A DNA stretch of 57,733 bases, the filler included, from Platydemus manokwari (lineage: Eukaryota): assembly GCA_037951405.1 (NCBI GenBank). It is 5 parts of 5 records of this genome, joined end to end, with 100 filler letters (N's around TTAATTAATTAA, not from the genome) between each part and the next. Parts side by side here need not be neighbours in the genome. Positions count along the whole stretch, not along the records: positions 10,207 to 25,235 come from JBBMOY011360315.1; positions 25,336 to 38,642 come from JBBMOY011765839.1; 3 more parts are not named here. The stretch is one strand, 5' to 3'. The position numbers and the translations under genes were made by a program. Shown here piece by piece: positions 20,430 to 36,265 of the stretch (position 1 is the first letter of the stretch; each line of letters starts with the position of its first letter). The notes below the pieces were generated by a model that was not told the origin of the DNA, made no database searches, and saw only the letters and a list, made by a program, of their open reading frames with translations.

Positions 20430-22109
20430 TCTTTTGCTATCACACAGCTAAGTAAAAAATATTATTATCTACTTGGTATATATCTTATCGTATTACTTAA
20501 TTTTGATATTCATTATTACGAATTGCATTTATCTCTTCCGTAATTTTCTATATTTTCGATATTATTGTGGAAATTTTAAACAACAGAATGAGTCTTTACA
20601 ATTTCCATGATTGAATCCAACATCAGCTTCAAATTTATTTTATTTGCTCCTGGGAAATGATATTTTATTATTTTATTTTAAAATTTAAATTTAAAGTCAC
20701 GTTTTTGACAGAAAGGAAATTTCGTCTTAACAATTCGCAACTTATAGTATGATGCAAATATTGCTTGGATTTCGTAATGTTGGAGGTTTTGGGATAGGTT
20801 ATCGTTGACTTTTTCCAGTCAGATCTACTTCAGACTGCAATCGATAAAAAAAATTAATGAATACTATTTATCGGTTTCATTAGCACATTATTTATCAATC
20901 GCAAGCTAACTGGTGTTGTCCTACACGAGTTCATACTTGAACACACTGCTTATTAATATTACAAAGTAGTTTAAGAACCTAATCAATGCAAATAACAAAT
21001 TAGCATATTTACAACATCTCACAAAACGAAAGATGACATATCTGTGTATTTTTTACTGAAATTACTTCTTAATTATATCTTGGATATCATGTCTCTTATG
21101 CAAGAATTTTTAAATGTTATCTAAATTCAGGCTTTGACTAAAAAACATTCTCAGGTAATTGCTCGACTACATACTATCACATAACCGTATGTTTCCATCA
21201 CTAACTCATAAAATATAAAACCTGTCCAACTAAGCATTTCAGATCTAATATAAATACTAATTCATGCCATAATTTATTACTGATCTATTATGTTGACTAA
21301 TTATTTATTTGTGACAATTACTCTAAATCTACTTGTCAAGAATGTATATTTCTATTTCTATCTCTGTATTTGTCAATAGTAATATTATCATGAGGCAAGA
21401 GATAACAAATATTTCATTTTAATAAAAAAAATACAAAGGAGTAACTAATCCTAGTCATCAGAAATCAATAACTCAAATTTGAATCTCGAAAATCAAAACA
21501 TCAAATGAAAATTGAGTACACTATAAATTCATTTACAAGCATTTCTTATTACCAGTTTAAACCAATCGAAGAGAATGGACATTTTTGTTTTTCGGTTATG
21601 TCGGTGCTGAGTAGTATTATTTGTTGTCAATAAACATTTTAGTTGCAATCTCAGTTTTATTTATTCAATATATTATTTTTGAATTTATTTGCTAATTCTG
21701 AATTCTGACAGTTAGATAATATTATTACAGATAATAATTATTGTTATATCGTGTTGGCATTTATAAAAAATTAATTATTTTGAGTAGAACTTTGTATTTT
21801 GATTTTGAACTAACAGTAGCAGTGATTGTTTATTTGAATTTAATTATTGTTATTAATGTTTATTTACTCATTAATGTTTCAGTGGGCTCTTAAAGTTTTC
21901 TAAATGGTAACTGTCATTGTGAAAGAAAATTTTCAAAAAAAAATGTAAAATGTATTGTATTAAATGTAATTAATAATAATAAGCCAGATAAAATAAAAAC
22001 TCAATCAAAAATTAAAAGATATATGAAAATTAAAAGGCTTATTTCATTAATAGATTCATTTCAAAAATATCAGTGAAAGAACACAATTCACACTACATTT
22101 TAAATTCAT

Positions 22110-22600
22110 ATTTCTACACAAAACATTACTTAATCCAACCCTATTTAAGATAATAAAAGAGCATTCTTAATCTAACGCGATTAATAGTAATTGGCTATCT
22201 GTATTATTGGATATATTTCAGAGTAAATACAAGCTTTTAATCAAGGGTTAAACTTCTGCCAAACAATACAAATCAATACAGAAGTTAAGTTCTTTCTCTG
22301 CAATCTTAGTCTAAGTAGATGTCAGCTTCTTTTTAGAAATTTAAAATACCTCCTCAGAATTATCTCCTGACCGAAACACAATACAGTTTCAATACCATAT
22401 GGTTATCAGTGATATCATTGAACTCTAGAATAATAATATACTCTTCACGGTTTCCACTGACACTCAAGGCTTCTTGAATAAAAATAACTTATATAACCCT
22501 AAATATTAATAAATTAATATATTCTAAATGTTTACTTTATTTCTGATGTTTACATATGATTCGCTACCGTTATTTATTATTTGGTAAAAATTTTAGGTAA
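22110..22600 (-). pseudogene. Candidate degraded NUMT of mitochondrial large-subunit rRNA (rrnL)
   Basis: Plus strand carries decayed reverse-complement 16S motifs in the expected order and spacing: CTTAATCCAAC/TTCTTAATCTAAC (22129/22164), GCTTTTAATCAAGGGT (~22233), CCTGACCGAA (~22366), CTTCACGGTTT (~22443), ATGATTCGCTACC (22556). Confidence 0.45.
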
Positions 22601-24199
22601 TTTTAGATAACCTTATTATTTTTTTATTAGGCCGATGAACCTTAAAATATGCTACTTTGTATAATTATAATGTAAAATAAATTTTGTGAATTACTATTGC
22701 GTATAATTAATTTTTTATTTATTCTGGGGTTTTAAATAATCACTGTAATGTAAGAGGCAAAAAGCGATCAAAATATCTACGAAGAATGAGAACAACCCTC
22801 AAAGGGTTGATACATCCTTTCGGTGGTAACCACGCGTGCAATAATCAATCAGATGCCCTCAAATTATAAACCTATAAATAGATATTGGGCGGTCAATTAG
22901 CCCACACCAACAAATGGCAATGAACACCGATATAGTTCAGTGTCATGAAAGGTAGAAGAAAATCTATCAATAGTCTAGAATTCAGACTGTTCTGATGAAT
23001 GAAAAGCAAAGCTAGAAGACATCAGTCAAACACTTACTACAAAAATAATTGATTCTCGAGTGCAATTGTCGTTCTTTTATGATCAATAACAGTTGTAGTT
23101 ATATTTATCTTTCGGTTGCTAATTCTGTTGTGATTTGGCATGTTACTTTTCGAATTTTTGTTTTCTGAGTAACCTTGATTTATGATTTTGAGTGCTATAC
23201 GTTGAGAATCTTATTGAATTTGCACGAACTGATATTTTAAAATTATAAATTTGAACATTCAGTATTAGTCACTATTCTAACACTGTATTCTCAAATGGAT
23301 CTTAAGAAGCATTGAACGCGTGGAATAGGATTTCTGTCTTTCAATTTTATATTAAAAGTTTAGTTTAAGTCGAATATCCAGTTATCTCTAATATGTATAT
23401 GTGAAAGAGATTTTTAAAAATTTCAAACATAAAATCATTTTAGTTAGTTTAAGTGCGTCCGTTGTAACAGCCATTTGATTCATATAATTAAGACTCTGAA
23501 TTTTATCAAGGATATTGCATCACATCAAGGACAATTAAACAACAAATATTTCTTTTCTATGAATGCATCCTATTTGGATATAGATATTAACAATCGTTCC
23601 TTCGAAAGAATCCAAATTCATCTGATAATATCGGAAATCACTTTCCCCACTTTAGTATACTCTAATGACCTAGTTCGCATCGACAGTTGGTGAAAAGATT
23701 AGAAACAAAGTCATAAACATATTTCACAGGGCAAGTGACATACAGCTTAAATTGATTGTCACTAAGTCTGGGAAGATTTCTCACGTGATAAATCTTAAAA
23801 TTTTAAAATAATATCTGATTGACGATACTTGTCTTTCTGGAGAGTAGAATTTAATATTTTCTGAATTATTAAAATTCATAACATATATTGAAGTGTCAAA
23901 AAAGATTAAATTAATTCATAGACTAAAGGAAAATACAAACATTTTCAGATCCGATTTAAATTATATCAGAGCATGATCGCCCAACACGAAGCAGTTTCGG
24001 AATAAAGTCTGAGGAAACCCTTTGGTTAAAATAGATTATTAGTACAAGATTAGTTGAAAGCCATTCAATACCAAATGCGATCGGAATTGGTAGAAATGTT
24101 TGTTAATATGATAGAACAGATTGCCAATGACATTTTGTCACACAAAACTTGTTAAATATAATCTTCAGTGTACCCATTTTTCCTTATGTTCATATTGTT

Positions 24200-24760
24200 A
24201 AATATAATCAACCAATCACAACATAATAAATATAAACACAAATTAATTAATTATAATCATTGACTCAAAAACTAATGTAAAAGACAGCCATATGATATAA
24301 TTAACATAATTAAAGATAATCATACGGTTTGTCTACTAATTGCCGAATATTGACAGTTTATTATTATTAATGAAATAAGTAAAAAGCCAGTATTCCACAC
24401 AAATAATTTAATATTTCAAAATAGATAAATAATATAATTTCTGCTTTGTGATGCAAACAAATGATATACAACAAAGTTTATAATTAACAGTTAATGAGGA
24501 TAGAAATAATAAAAGAAGTAAGATACCACAACAACCCAATAAGACAATATAGCAATAAAAACCAATGGTATCGCAACACAAAAGTCAAACCCATTAAATA
24601 AGTAAACAGACACCAGCTTATAAAATCGCAAGTAAACAATCAGCTAAAAAATCAGAGAACATAAAACTATATAAACCATTATAAAAATCAAGGAATGGCA
24701 CAAAAAGTTTTTACAAGTAAAGGAATCAAATCACCGTAAATATGATTGTTACCTTCAAAC
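24200..24760 (-). pseudogene. Candidate degraded NUMT (nad5-like)
   Basis: Strong T-over-A skew on the minus strand; fragments AGVCLLI (24597-24617) and YHLFA (~24452-24466) plus a GxxL..F.S segment (~24260-24290) in nad5 order; many stops. Confidence 0.28.
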
Positions 24761-25235
24761 ACCAAAACAAATGAGGAAATTTTTGCTTTGTAATTCAGTG
24801 ACAGTGCCTACAATTGAATTACTACTTATAAATTAACCTGTTTAAGTCCATATTTAACATTTGATGTATTTCCTAAAATCGAATCTACTCCGATTTTATT
24901 TCCTTAGAATTGTGTGGCATAAGTTCACTGCACTAATTGTTTGCAGTCTACGGGGAACACAGTAACACAAAAATAGAACCTTACACATCTGATATTTGTA
25001 ATTGTAGTGTGATTAAATACATTCTGTCGACATTTATTAATGATCTATATAAAACGTTTCAAATAGGCATCTTTATTGACTATTAAGGGTTAGATCCTTA
25101 AGTATTATGTATACTCAGTGTTTCTCAACAGATTTTTAAATAAAAAACTTTTTTTGGTTTTCCACATTTTAGAGCATATTGTACTAATTTTAAATTTTTT
25201 GTAATAAATCTTTATAAATTATGAATAAAATTATT

Positions 25236-25335
25236 NNNNNNNNNNNNNNNNNNNNNNNNNNNNNNNNNNNNNNNNNNNNTTAATTAATTAANNNNNNNNN
25301 NNNNNNNNNNNNNNNNNNNNNNNNNNNNNNNNNNN
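25236..25335. other. Assembly spacer
   Basis: 44 N + TTAATTAATTAA + 44 N. Confidence 0.98.
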
Positions 25336-25932
25336 ACTCACAGTCATTCACTTATATATATAGTAATTATCGGTTGAAAAATCGTTGATTTACTATTAAA
25401 TTATCACCAAACGAGTTTCCATCAATATGATAATTCATTGTTTTAAAAGGATAACTTTGTTAATAATATTATGGATTCTGATGAGTTGGTTACGAAAATA
25501 TTTAAAACTCCAGCTAAATATCATCTCCAATGTCGTTTACAAAATAAGCAATATCACCTGAGACATGATTTTAAAATTGGTAGGATGAGGTCATAATGAT
25601 TTTGAAATGAAATTGTTAATTTTTAATTAATATTTAAAATACAATTTTGATCTTTTAAATTTTAAGTGTAAATAATTGAGGAAATATAAACAATGAAAAT
25701 TTCAAAGAAAATATGCGGAATGAATGAATTTCAAATTTTAAAAAATAAAATGAATTTTCTCTATATTTCAAATGATGAAGAATTTATTAAAAATTATTTT
25801 TCAATAATTTTTGACATTTTTTAAAACTTTAATCGATTTTAATAATTTTCGAGAATAAAATATAAAGTTTAATTGTTTAAAAACTAAAGATTAATATATC
25901 ATTAAAAATCTTAATTAAATAAAAGTGGTGAA

Positions 25933-26727
25933 ATGGATACCGAAAATGTTTGCATAATTTGCTATGATTATCTAATGGAATTTCAATATGGATTTTTGGG
26001 ATGTTTCAATAATCATGGATTTTGTTATTCATGCATTAGTGAATTAGCAATGGACGAGGTACAATGTCCAATTGATAGAAAATCTTTCAAAGCAGTACAT
26101 TATTATAATAAAGATAGAAACCGTTCCGGACTCATATCGTTGAAGTATTTTCAGAAAAAAATGTTACCAGGAAAAGTGGAAGCATTTTTAAAAGACAACA
26201 AAGAAATGATTGTGAAAAGTTTTCAAAATTGTTTGAATAATATAGACATATTAGAAAAATTAGAATTAAAAAATTTAAAGATTTTGAATGAAGTAAAAAG
26301 ATACATAAATGTTTTTGATAAAAATCAAATTCGAGAATTTGTAGCATTGAAAAATCAGGAATTGGATGAATATATAGTAACGGAATGCCAATATTCACGA
26401 AATGATTTTTCCTATCTTGATGAACAAATGGCTCATTTGAAAAAATTTATTTCCAAATCCTTGATATGTCAAAATTTACGATATCAACAAGCCGTTTATG
26501 TCGTTAATCAATTGTATTCTGCATATATGTTGATATACAACTCTTCTATTTTCTCTTTAGAATTTGAGAAAATGAATCTTGATAGATTTACCGAAGCATC
26601 CGATATCGAGGAAGCTAGTTTTGTTTTTAGAGAGATTTTAATCAAAAATAACAATAAATTATTGTCGATAAATGAAAACATTGAAAGAGCAAGATCGATA
26701 TTATTCGAACTAAATTTGTTCCAATAA
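25933..26727 (+). CDS. RING-finger protein (C3HC3D type, PHRF1/SCAF11-like RING) with helical C-terminus, intronless, 264 aa
   Basis: N-terminal CIIC-x13-C-x3-H-x2-C-x2-C-x10-CPIDRKSF; ATG-to-TAA ORF with no intron; remainder is helical/coiled-coil-like. Confidence 0.82.
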   Translation: MDTENVCIICYDYLMEFQYGFLGCFNNHGFCYSCISELAMDEVQCPIDRKSFKAVHYYNKDRNRSGLISLKYFQKKMLPGKVEAFLKDNKEMIVKSFQNCLNNIDILEKLELKNLKILNEVKRYINVFDKNQIREFVALKNQELDEYIVTECQYSRNDFSYLDEQMAHLKKFISKSLICQNLRYQQAVYVVNQLYSAYMLIYNSSIFSLEFEKMNLDRFTEASDIEEASFVFREILIKNNNKLLSINENIERARSILFELNLFQ

Positions 26728-27454
26728 ACAGATATTTTATTGAAGAGAAAAACGTTTCAGATATCTAAGAGACATATTTGAATCTCAAAGATTAATTCAA
26801 ATTAATTTAACAATACACTTGCTCCATCTTTAGCATTCCAGTTTTAACCGACAACAGAAAGATGTCTGCTAAATAGAAGAAAGAAAAAAAATATTAAAAA
26901 TAATATTTTACATATCGTGTTCTGTGATACTCAATCTGCAGATCATCTGATAAACTTACGGATATTTTTATTTAAATTGTCATTAAGAAATATAACTTTT
27001 CTCTTGAAATCTCATTTCATAATCAAATTCTTTGACATAAGATTAAGGCTGAAAAATTTAAGTTAAGTAAAATAAGATCACAGAATTAAACCAATCAAAA
27101 TCAATGAAAATATATTATGTTGAACTTTCATCATAATATTATCATATTCGATTGTCATTATGAAGAATTTCCTGACAGAATTTCTACTCGGAAGTAATTT
27201 TTATATTAAAAAAATGAAGATAAATCAGATGAAAATAAATTTTAATTTGTTTGTTAATTATAAATACTTATTATTTGTCCAGTGAAATCATGTTTTTTGA
27301 TTTAAATATTAAAACGAAGAAGTATTAGCAACTTATAAACATAATATTAATAATTGATCCAAATGCAGCAAGTGAGATAAAAATCTTATTTTAAAAATTT
27401 AGTAAGATTCACACAACTGTTTAAACTAATTTTTTTAAAGTTCAAACTTGAAAT

Positions 27455-28234
27455 TTATTTATTGATAATATTTAAAAACAAATTCTCTTTATCAAAAACA
27501 GCATTGCATCCAGTTTCACTCGAAACTTCTCTGAAATCTTCATATTGCATGAAGCACCAATTAAAAGCTTTGAGAACGGCCTTCATATCCTTGCCAATTA
27601 TGGAATAGCATCGAACGGTTGTCGATTGTGAACCAAAAAACAATTCACTTATAATTAAGAAAGTCTTAAACTTGTTTCGTAATTTTTCTTTCATTCGTCT
27701 CGATGGTAATTTCCTTGACAACTCCCAATTTTTGACATTTTCCAATTCAAACATTTTCGTTGATTCATCTGATTTTCTATGGTCTAGATTTACTTTATTT
27801 GTATCCAAGAAATCTTTTGTAGCTCTAAGGGTGTTTTTCAAATGTGTATTACATATCCAATATATTTCATTTTTATATCGAATACTAAAGATTCCTTTTT
27901 GTTTAATTGAAGAATGCACCTTTTCTAATAATTCAAATGGGAAATCATTGTCATTTTCCTTTTTTCTCTCACTAACTTCTAATTTGGTTTTTTCATCACC
28001 CAGAGCCATCTTTAGTGTTTTTTCTTTATAATCTGAAAGAGTCTTGCTGGAAACATGTGAACTATGCATAGAATGAATTGAAGCGAAATTATCTTCAGCA
28101 GAAAAAATTTCTGATATCGGATCTACAATTTTCGAAAACAATTTCAATTTTGGTTTCGTTTGACTAGGTCTCGGTAATTTTTCTCCTTTAAAATATTTTA
28201 CGCGTTTCTCTTTTTTTGGACATGAAAAACACAT
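27455..28234 (-). CDS. Hypothetical protein, 259 aa, intronless
   Basis: 780-nt ATG-started ORF in very AT-rich DNA; K/S-rich N-half and a beta-strand-like C-half; no family recognised. Confidence 0.65.
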   Translation of the reverse strand: MCFSCPKKEKRVKYFKGEKLPRPSQTKPKLKLFSKIVDPISEIFSAEDNFASIHSMHSSHVSSKTLSDYKEKTLKMALGDEKTKLEVSERKKENDNDFPFELLEKVHSSIKQKGIFSIRYKNEIYWICNTHLKNTLRATKDFLDTNKVNLDHRKSDESTKMFELENVKNWELSRKLPSRRMKEKLRNKFKTFLIISELFFGSQSTTVRCYSIIGKDMKAVLKAFNWCFMQYEDFREVSSETGCNAVFDKENLFLNIINK

Positions 28235-28645
28235 CAGTTAACAATGATGTATTAAATAATCATGCATTAATTATAATACGAAAAAGATAATTATAGATTT
28301 CAATTTAAAAATCAAATAAATTTTTTAATAATTAAGAAAAGATCTTAAAGAATACATTGTAATATTGAATTAATTAAGAATAAATAATTTGGATTTAATA
28401 TTATTTTAAAATTCTTAAATTTAAATCGCGTGTCAGGGGAATTTCAAAAATGTTTTCAATAGAATTTTATGTGAAGAGATCATTATTTCAACTCCAAAAC
28501 TTTAATTTGATTTCATTGCTAATCGTTCCAGTAATATTAAAGAAATCACATTTCAAGTTGTATAATTATTAATACCTTTGACAGATACGGTTAGACTGTT
28601 ATTCAACTTCAAATTTTATAAACATAACGATAATATCAACCGTTG

Positions 28646-28750
28646 CAGGGGTGGCCAACCAGTCGATCTTGAAGCCAATTTTAGTCGGTCGCGTGAGATG
28701 TTATTCAAATGAAAATTCGATGTTACGTGCACAAAAGTTGGCCACCTCTG
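28646..28750. mobile_element. 105-bp hAT MITE
   Basis: Perfect 8-bp TSD AACCGTTG (28638-28645, 28751-28758); TIRs CAGGGGTGGCCAAC / GTTGGCCACCTCTG (13/14). Confidence 0.9.
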
Positions 28751-29764
28751 AACCGTTGTGTTGGTAAAATGATTTGAATTTTGAATATTTACTAATATAT
28801 TTCAAATATATTTTTTTCCATCAAATTTCACTTTATATTTATTAAAAATATTGAACTGAACTCTATCAAATTTTCTGAATCCATTAATTTTATTATTACT
28901 ATATGATTTTTGATGTCTGTTTACTTTATAATACATATTGATTCGAGTTGTGCTCTGATAAACTAATTACGATAATTGTAAATACATAATAAATAAAAAG
29001 GCAAATAATATAAACAAGTTAGTGATGTTGAGATGAGCATTTCGAGTCTCTGGCATGTTTTATATATTTAGAAATTTAATTATAAGACATTTTAATGATT
29101 TTTGTTAATATTTGCTTTGAAAAAAGTAGATATTCAATACAAACCAACATAACAATTCTCTTATTATATATTTAATTTTCATTCATTTGATTAATGCTGC
29201 CAGATTTAATTTACTGTTGGCCACTAGACTATTCTTATTTCAACCAGGACGTCATTCACAATTTTAAATTTTAAAAATATTAAAGTGTGAAAATATAAGT
29301 ACTTATTTCTTCATAATCAGATTAAAAAATTAAATTATAACTAATAGGCATATTAGGCACTCGTCGATTTATGTTTAAAACAACTCAATAAATGACCAAG
29401 AAAAAGATCTTTTCAAATATTTAAATTATTTTATCTTTCACAATCTGAAATAAGAAATAAATTGTTAAGTTAAATAATTAAAAACAAAACCACTGAGATT
29501 TAATAAAAAATATATTATTTTGGAAAAAACAACAATAAATTCAAAATTAACAACATAACACATACAAATAATAGCAAAACAACTAGGCTGTGCTTTTCAA
29601 ATTATTAAAATTTATTTAATCCAAGAATCATAATAACCAGCAAAAGAGATTTTAATAAAAATAATAATAATGAGAACAAATTCAACATGTCGATTTGAAA
29701 TTTCCATACATTTATTTTTTCACAAAGAACAGATTAATTCATTTACCACGTTATTCTACATTTA

Positions 29765-32916
<3,152 letters not shown>

Positions 32917-33780
32917 CTTATAAAAATAATATTAATATTTAATGAGTTGATAATAATAATATTAAAAAAAAATAATAGTACAAGTTGTATTTAATATTTG
33001 TCAGTATAATTAAATGTTTTAGTTTCAGTTTATCGATATTTCGATTTAAGTCTTTATGGTTATGTTTGCCCAATAGCTATTATATACTATGAAAAATGCT
33101 TGAATAATTATAAAATAATTTGTAACAATTTCAAATTGTTCCGGATTTTAAAATGAAAAAATTTTTTAAAATAAAATTATCTGAAGAAATTATTTTTAAA
33201 ATTGGATTAAAATATGATTTTGTTGTATTCAATTTCACGGTGGATATTGAAATGCCTCAACAAAACAAGCTTAAATAATTGAATTTTGTTATTGAATTTA
33301 ATTTCATATTTATTAATAAAACTATAATTGCTCTGAGTTGAAAAATATACAAATAAATTAAACATACAAAATGTTCATTATTAATTGATACCAGATAGGG
33401 GCTAAAATGAATTATTAAGTCAACACATAAGTTAACACAGTAATCAGAATATCCAATGCTTTAATGGGCCTTAAAATAAAGTAATTATAAAACATATAAT
33501 TAGTGTTATTAAGTTTCATAAATGAAGAATGGTAAATCAAATTTATAGCCGTTGGAATAATAACTACTAATATTTCTCTTATTTTTATCTAATCAAATTC
33601 TAGATTTTTCTGGATTTGATCTTTAACCTGTATAATTCATATAAATATTAATTCAATGGATGACATTTTATAGACTTTTTTCAAATTAAATTCTAACAAT
33701 AGCAGCTGTAGTTACTAATAACGGAACTGGTTTCGCTGGTGATGTAATATTATCTTAATACTGTAAATGTGAAGGGACTC

Positions 33781-34325
33781 ATCAAAATATTTGTGATACC
33801 AATAATGTTTTAATGTAATCATATCATTTTATATGCAATATAGATATCGAAAAATTTAGTAAATTAATTAAATAAAATTATAAATATATTCGGCGCAATT
33901 TCAAATGTATTGAAATTTCAATTCATTTTCTGTTGTGACCCAAGTAATTTTCATGTTTCACATTGTTTGTTTATTTATATTTGTTAATTATACTTGTAAT
34001 TTCAATATTCAACAATTTGAAGGTAGAAATTCAAACGAGGCCGCAAAGTGGATGCAAGATACAAAGAAGTGGCTATTAATTAATAGTCTCAGCCTGATTA
34101 GCGCATTCGATTTACTGCTTCTAGACGAGACACGTATTCTTTGGGAAAACTTCAAATCGGAAGATACCACAGAAGAGTCAGCTAAATCGTGGTTTGAAGA
34201 TATATTTACAATCAAAATATTTGTGATACTAATAATGTTTTAATGTAATCATATCACATTATATACAATATAGACATCGAAAAATTTAGTAAATTAATTA
34301 AATAAAATTTTTAATATATTTGGCG
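33781..34325 (+). repeat. 115-bp direct repeat (33781-33895 and 34211-34325), LTR/PBS-like
   Basis: Two copies with 8 mismatches by manual comparison, each containing TGTGATAC near the start and ending in (C/T)GGCG. Confidence 0.9.
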
Positions 34326-36265
34326 GTAATGAGTTCGGTATTGAAACAAGATTCCATAGTGAAAGATATCATCAGCAAGATCACGATCGAATGAGTTTAA
34401 AGACGCTCTTGCCCTGAATCCAGACATGAATATAATAGAAGTTAGGAGTGTTGCAAAAGATGTTCGAGAATCGAGAATAAAGTTTACAACGAGATTCCCA
34501 GGCAGTCAATACAATTCGTAGAGACAGCTATGATCAAGCGCTAAAAACTGGAAGAAGCAACCGATGAAATAACCAGTTCAAAAAGGAAAGCAACGAGTCA
34601 AGTAATTTTAAACCACTCCATATTATCAAGACACCGAACCCCGAGCCAATAGCTTAAAAACAGAAAATCACCTCAATTAGAAAAAGATGAAATGCGTCGC
34701 CAAAAAACTTTACAATAAGTGTCGAGGCATGTCAGACCCAAAAGAAGAACGCTTGCATTGAGACAATTGCTACTGCCGTGGAGAAAGTGGTCTGTACAGA
34801 AGCCCTCTAAGGCAAAAATTTTTAATATGCGGACAAGAAAAACATCATTTCAGATCATTCATTTAATACGAGGTACCAGACAGAAAGCGGAAGGTAGAAT
34901 TTTATGTATTCAAGACGAGATCGAGAAGCAATATGATCCAATTGAAGACCCAGTGATGCACAAGGTAAATGATAAAAAAACCACAACAACTTCGTCACAT
35001 ACATTGAATAAATAGATAACAAGAGAATTCAAAATGGAACCAGACGTGAAGAGATGTTTAAGAACGACGCTAGGGTGCGGGGTAAAGTGTTCGGCACTCT
35101 GTGAAGCACCCATTTTGGATTATCCAAGAGAAAACAGGATATTTAATGCAATCAGGGCTTTTCTAACCCAAGTCAATGAAGAAGTAGCAGAAGTAGTTAT
35201 ACCATATGTGTCTCGATTACTGACTAGTCACGAGAAAGGGTACTGTGTTACCAGGAAGGTGCTGCTGGCTATCCACTAATATGTTGTTTACTTTAGACAA
35301 TACTTGTTTGGGAAGAAATTCACCGATCACAAAGTCAAGGTATTCTTGAACTCGACATGAAAAACAAGAAGCCCTCAATTTCAAACATGTATGGCAGGGC
35401 TGTCAGAATACGATTTCGATTTAAGATATAGAAAGGAGAAAATCATAACAACACAGATGGATTGTCTAGGATCAACGAGACACTATGTTCCCAGTGCTAG
35501 ACGAGACACGATGGAGCAAAGACGGAAAAGCCGAAAACCAAATATTTAGCCCAAATACAAATAAATTCGGAGATAATGCAGAAAATACAGGAAGCACTGT
35601 ATAAAGATGCAAAAATAGTGGAGACATTCAGATTTCTAAATGGTGAAATAACTCTAACTAGCACGGAATTCTGGAATAAACATTCACTTTTGAGAATTAA
35701 AGATAAGCTGAAGGTAGTCGACTATATGCTGATGCTGGAGAGAGAGAAAGGTTTGGCTGGTATAATACGCGAAGATTTTGCCACGTTCAATTTGTCAAGA
35801 CAATTCACGAGGAGCTCTACCACTTAGGATCAAAGAAAACCTTCGCATATTTGACAGTTTTTATTGGCCAGACATGTTCAACACCATCAAAGAAATACTG
35901 AAAGAATGCATTATATGTGCAAAGAGAATCAATCCAGAACTAAGGAGTTTCTGATACCTCGGTTAGGCTCTGAGTTTCAAGAGCAAATCGTGGTGATTAT
36001 TGCCAAAATGAACTCGATACATACTAACAAGAAGTACCTAGTAGTCATTATCGACAGGTTCAGTAAGCCGGTGAGCCTAAGGGCTATATCTAAGCAAGAC
36101 GAAAAGACAATCTTCCAGGTCATTTTGAACTCGTGGATTTATCGTTTTGGAAAGCCAAAGAACATTTTATCTGATAACGGGAAATAATTTATGAGGAAGG
36201 CGTGTTCAAAATTATATATCAAACAAGAATTCAGCTCAACATACCAACGTCAACCTATCGGGCTT
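33781..36265 (+). mobile_element. Degenerate Ty3/Gypsy LTR retrotransposon (gag, RNase H, integrase remnants)
   Basis: Gag-like NIQQFEGRNSNEAAKWMQD; RNase H SHEKGYCVTRKVLLAI..YFRQYLFGKKFTDHK; integrase VVIIDRFSK...WIYRFGKPKNILSDNG...KQEFSSTYQ. LTR-like block followed by PBS-like (T/C)GGCG. Most RT is deleted; frameshifted. Confidence 0.88.

Noticed and set aside
26132-26398. Antisense ORFs (also 720-908, 27672-28031, 34009-34215, 37465-37740, 43640-43999, 47002-47193)
   Set aside because: Shadow ORFs opposite better-supported coding sequence, with no motifs of their own.
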